Assembly (NCBI GenBank): GCA_013265495.1
Contig: MU058384.1
Span: 993,690-1,057,689 of the forward strand
Direction: 5' to 3'
DNA: 64,000 bases
From: Vicugna vicugna
Taxonomy: Eukaryota
Part shown: positions 62,346 through 64,000 of the stretch, piece after piece
Layout of the letters: the number at the start of each line of letters is the position of its first letter
Numbering within the stretch: the stretch's first letter is position 1
Program-made: the position numbers and the translations under genes
Notes under the pieces: generated by a model
What the model saw: the letters and a program-made list of their open reading frames with translations, nothing else
What the model was told of the DNA's origin: nothing
The model's database searches: none

Positions 62346-63759
62346 TATAATTGTAAGCCATAAAGTATTTCACTCTAGGGTTAAAAGCCCTACATGACCC
62401 TGAAATCCCATTTCTTAATGATATATAATATAAAACACCCAAACAGATTTGAGTAACTAACAGAGGATTTCTGAAATTCTGCAATAAGATGGAAACACAG
62501 CACATAAAAATGAGCATGTTCACTTTCAAATACGGTAGCCTTAAGGAAGCCAATATGTAAAAGCCCACTACCTTTAAACATGTATTGAACCCTTGCCATG
62601 TGTATATTTAGATACATAAAGACAGCCAGGAACTAGAGGGACTCACAGTGTATGGAGAGTAAAATTAGATAATTACAAGTGTTAAATGCATAGTTACAGG
62701 CATTTAGGGCATCTGTACTTGGTAACAGGAATAGCATTTTGCCCAGCAAGACCTCACAACGCAAATGAAGAGCTGTAACAAGATGGATGAGGAGGGATGG
62801 AATACATAGGAAAAGAGTAGCTTGATGTCCACATGTTAAATGACTTTCCTAAGGATTTTAAAACAAACTTATTTTAACATCTTCCCCTGACAGAGAATGT
62901 TAAGATTCCAGTAGTACCTTGGGTCGGAAAGCTCTACATACATCTCAGTAGGGTTTATCTAGGCATGTGCTTCAGCTGACAAAAATACACAAATGTCTTA
63001 AATATGAAAAATAATTAATAACACTTAATTATGTTATGGTCAGGCTTCTCATACACTAGCTTTGCCATTAGTCACCTGCATCTCAACAGTAAAGCTCATT
63101 CGACACCTAGCTGCAACTTACTCAAGAACAGTGATGCAAAGAAAATGTTAGCAAACCTCATTTTTCAGCAAACAAATTTGATGCAATGTAAATTCATGTT
63201 TTGTTTGTACGGTTTAAACACCCCTCCTTCTCAGCAACTATCCAGATTCAAAGACTGTGGGAGTTAACTCCTGTAGGTTTTACTGCCTGTAGAAAAATTC
63301 AGCAGTAAGACAAAATAAGATTTTATACTCCAGAAAATGGTCCTCCAGCGTTAACTGGGACATTCTTCTTTGCTAAAGGTTGAAATGTAAACTTTTATTT
63401 TATTCAGTGGCTTCTTAAGACAGTGTCAGAAAGGAAGTCCCAAAATGTGACATCATTTACCTCGTGCCAAGACTTCACATCAGACACAGGGTTAATCACA
63501 GATGAAATGCAGATTCAATCCTTCTGCAGACCAGCCAGCTTCTTTATTAAATATGCAAATACACACAAAAAACTTTTAATGCCCTCCTTTCCTTTTGCTT
63601 AAATTACTTATCTATTTTCTCTTTTTTCTTATTTTATTTAAAGACTTGTATCTCTTTGGGACACTTTCTCAAATTACATCCACTTTAAAGAATCAAAACC
63701 TATATTCCACTTTCTTTCCTTCAACAGAAAACACCCTTCTTAGCCAAGAAATGAATGAC

Positions 63760-64000
63760 TTCCTTTATTCTCTTTAGTAACCTTCTGTAGACCCTCTTCT
63801 GTAACCTCTCTCCCACTGAGGTCCTCACTATATCTTACTGGATTTTTTTGCAACTTCCCTCCAAACTGGCCTTCTTGCTACTGTGTCTTCTACTCAGGTC
63901 CACCCCCAACACTGCTACCTGTTATTTTCCTAAGACCAACATCTGATCATGTTACTTTCTGCTCAGAAACCTATTGTTGGCCCTTTATTACCTACAGAGC
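63760..64000 (+). mobile_element. L2 fragment running off the right edge
   Basis: ATCTGATCATGTTACTTTCTGCTCAGAAACCT...TTATTACCTACAG. Confidence 0.6.

Overview
This is AT-rich, repeat-dense mammalian intronic or intergenic DNA. It is most likely from a camelid (Camelus/Vicugna/Lama), judged from a tRNA-Ala(AGC)-derived SINE of the Vic-1 type at ~59.7 kb. I recognise no intact protein-coding gene, structural RNA gene, CRISPR array or prokaryotic feature; the listed ORFs are decayed LINE-1 fragments or chance ORFs. Roughly half the window (by eye) is transposon debris: a young L1 5' end at 1-1211 (minus strand), many old L1 pieces, L2, MIR, MaLR/ERVL/ERV1 LTRs and hAT MITEs. Several repeat-free islands look like conserved non-coding regulatory elements. 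The most unusual structures are four: (1) a ~190-bp inverted duplication of nearby unique DNA flanked by a 17-20-bp direct repeat (61.4-62.4 kb); (2) a 5'-truncated retrocopy of an unidentified mRNA 3' end inside a multi-layer nested TE cluster (21-28 kb); (3) an ORF0-like antisense ORF with strong Kozak context in the L1 5'UTR; (4) a CpG-enriched, hairpin- and homeobox/POU-motif-containing island at ~44 kb. Repeat family names come from my recollection of consensus sequences, and boundaries are approximate unless a TSD is quoted.
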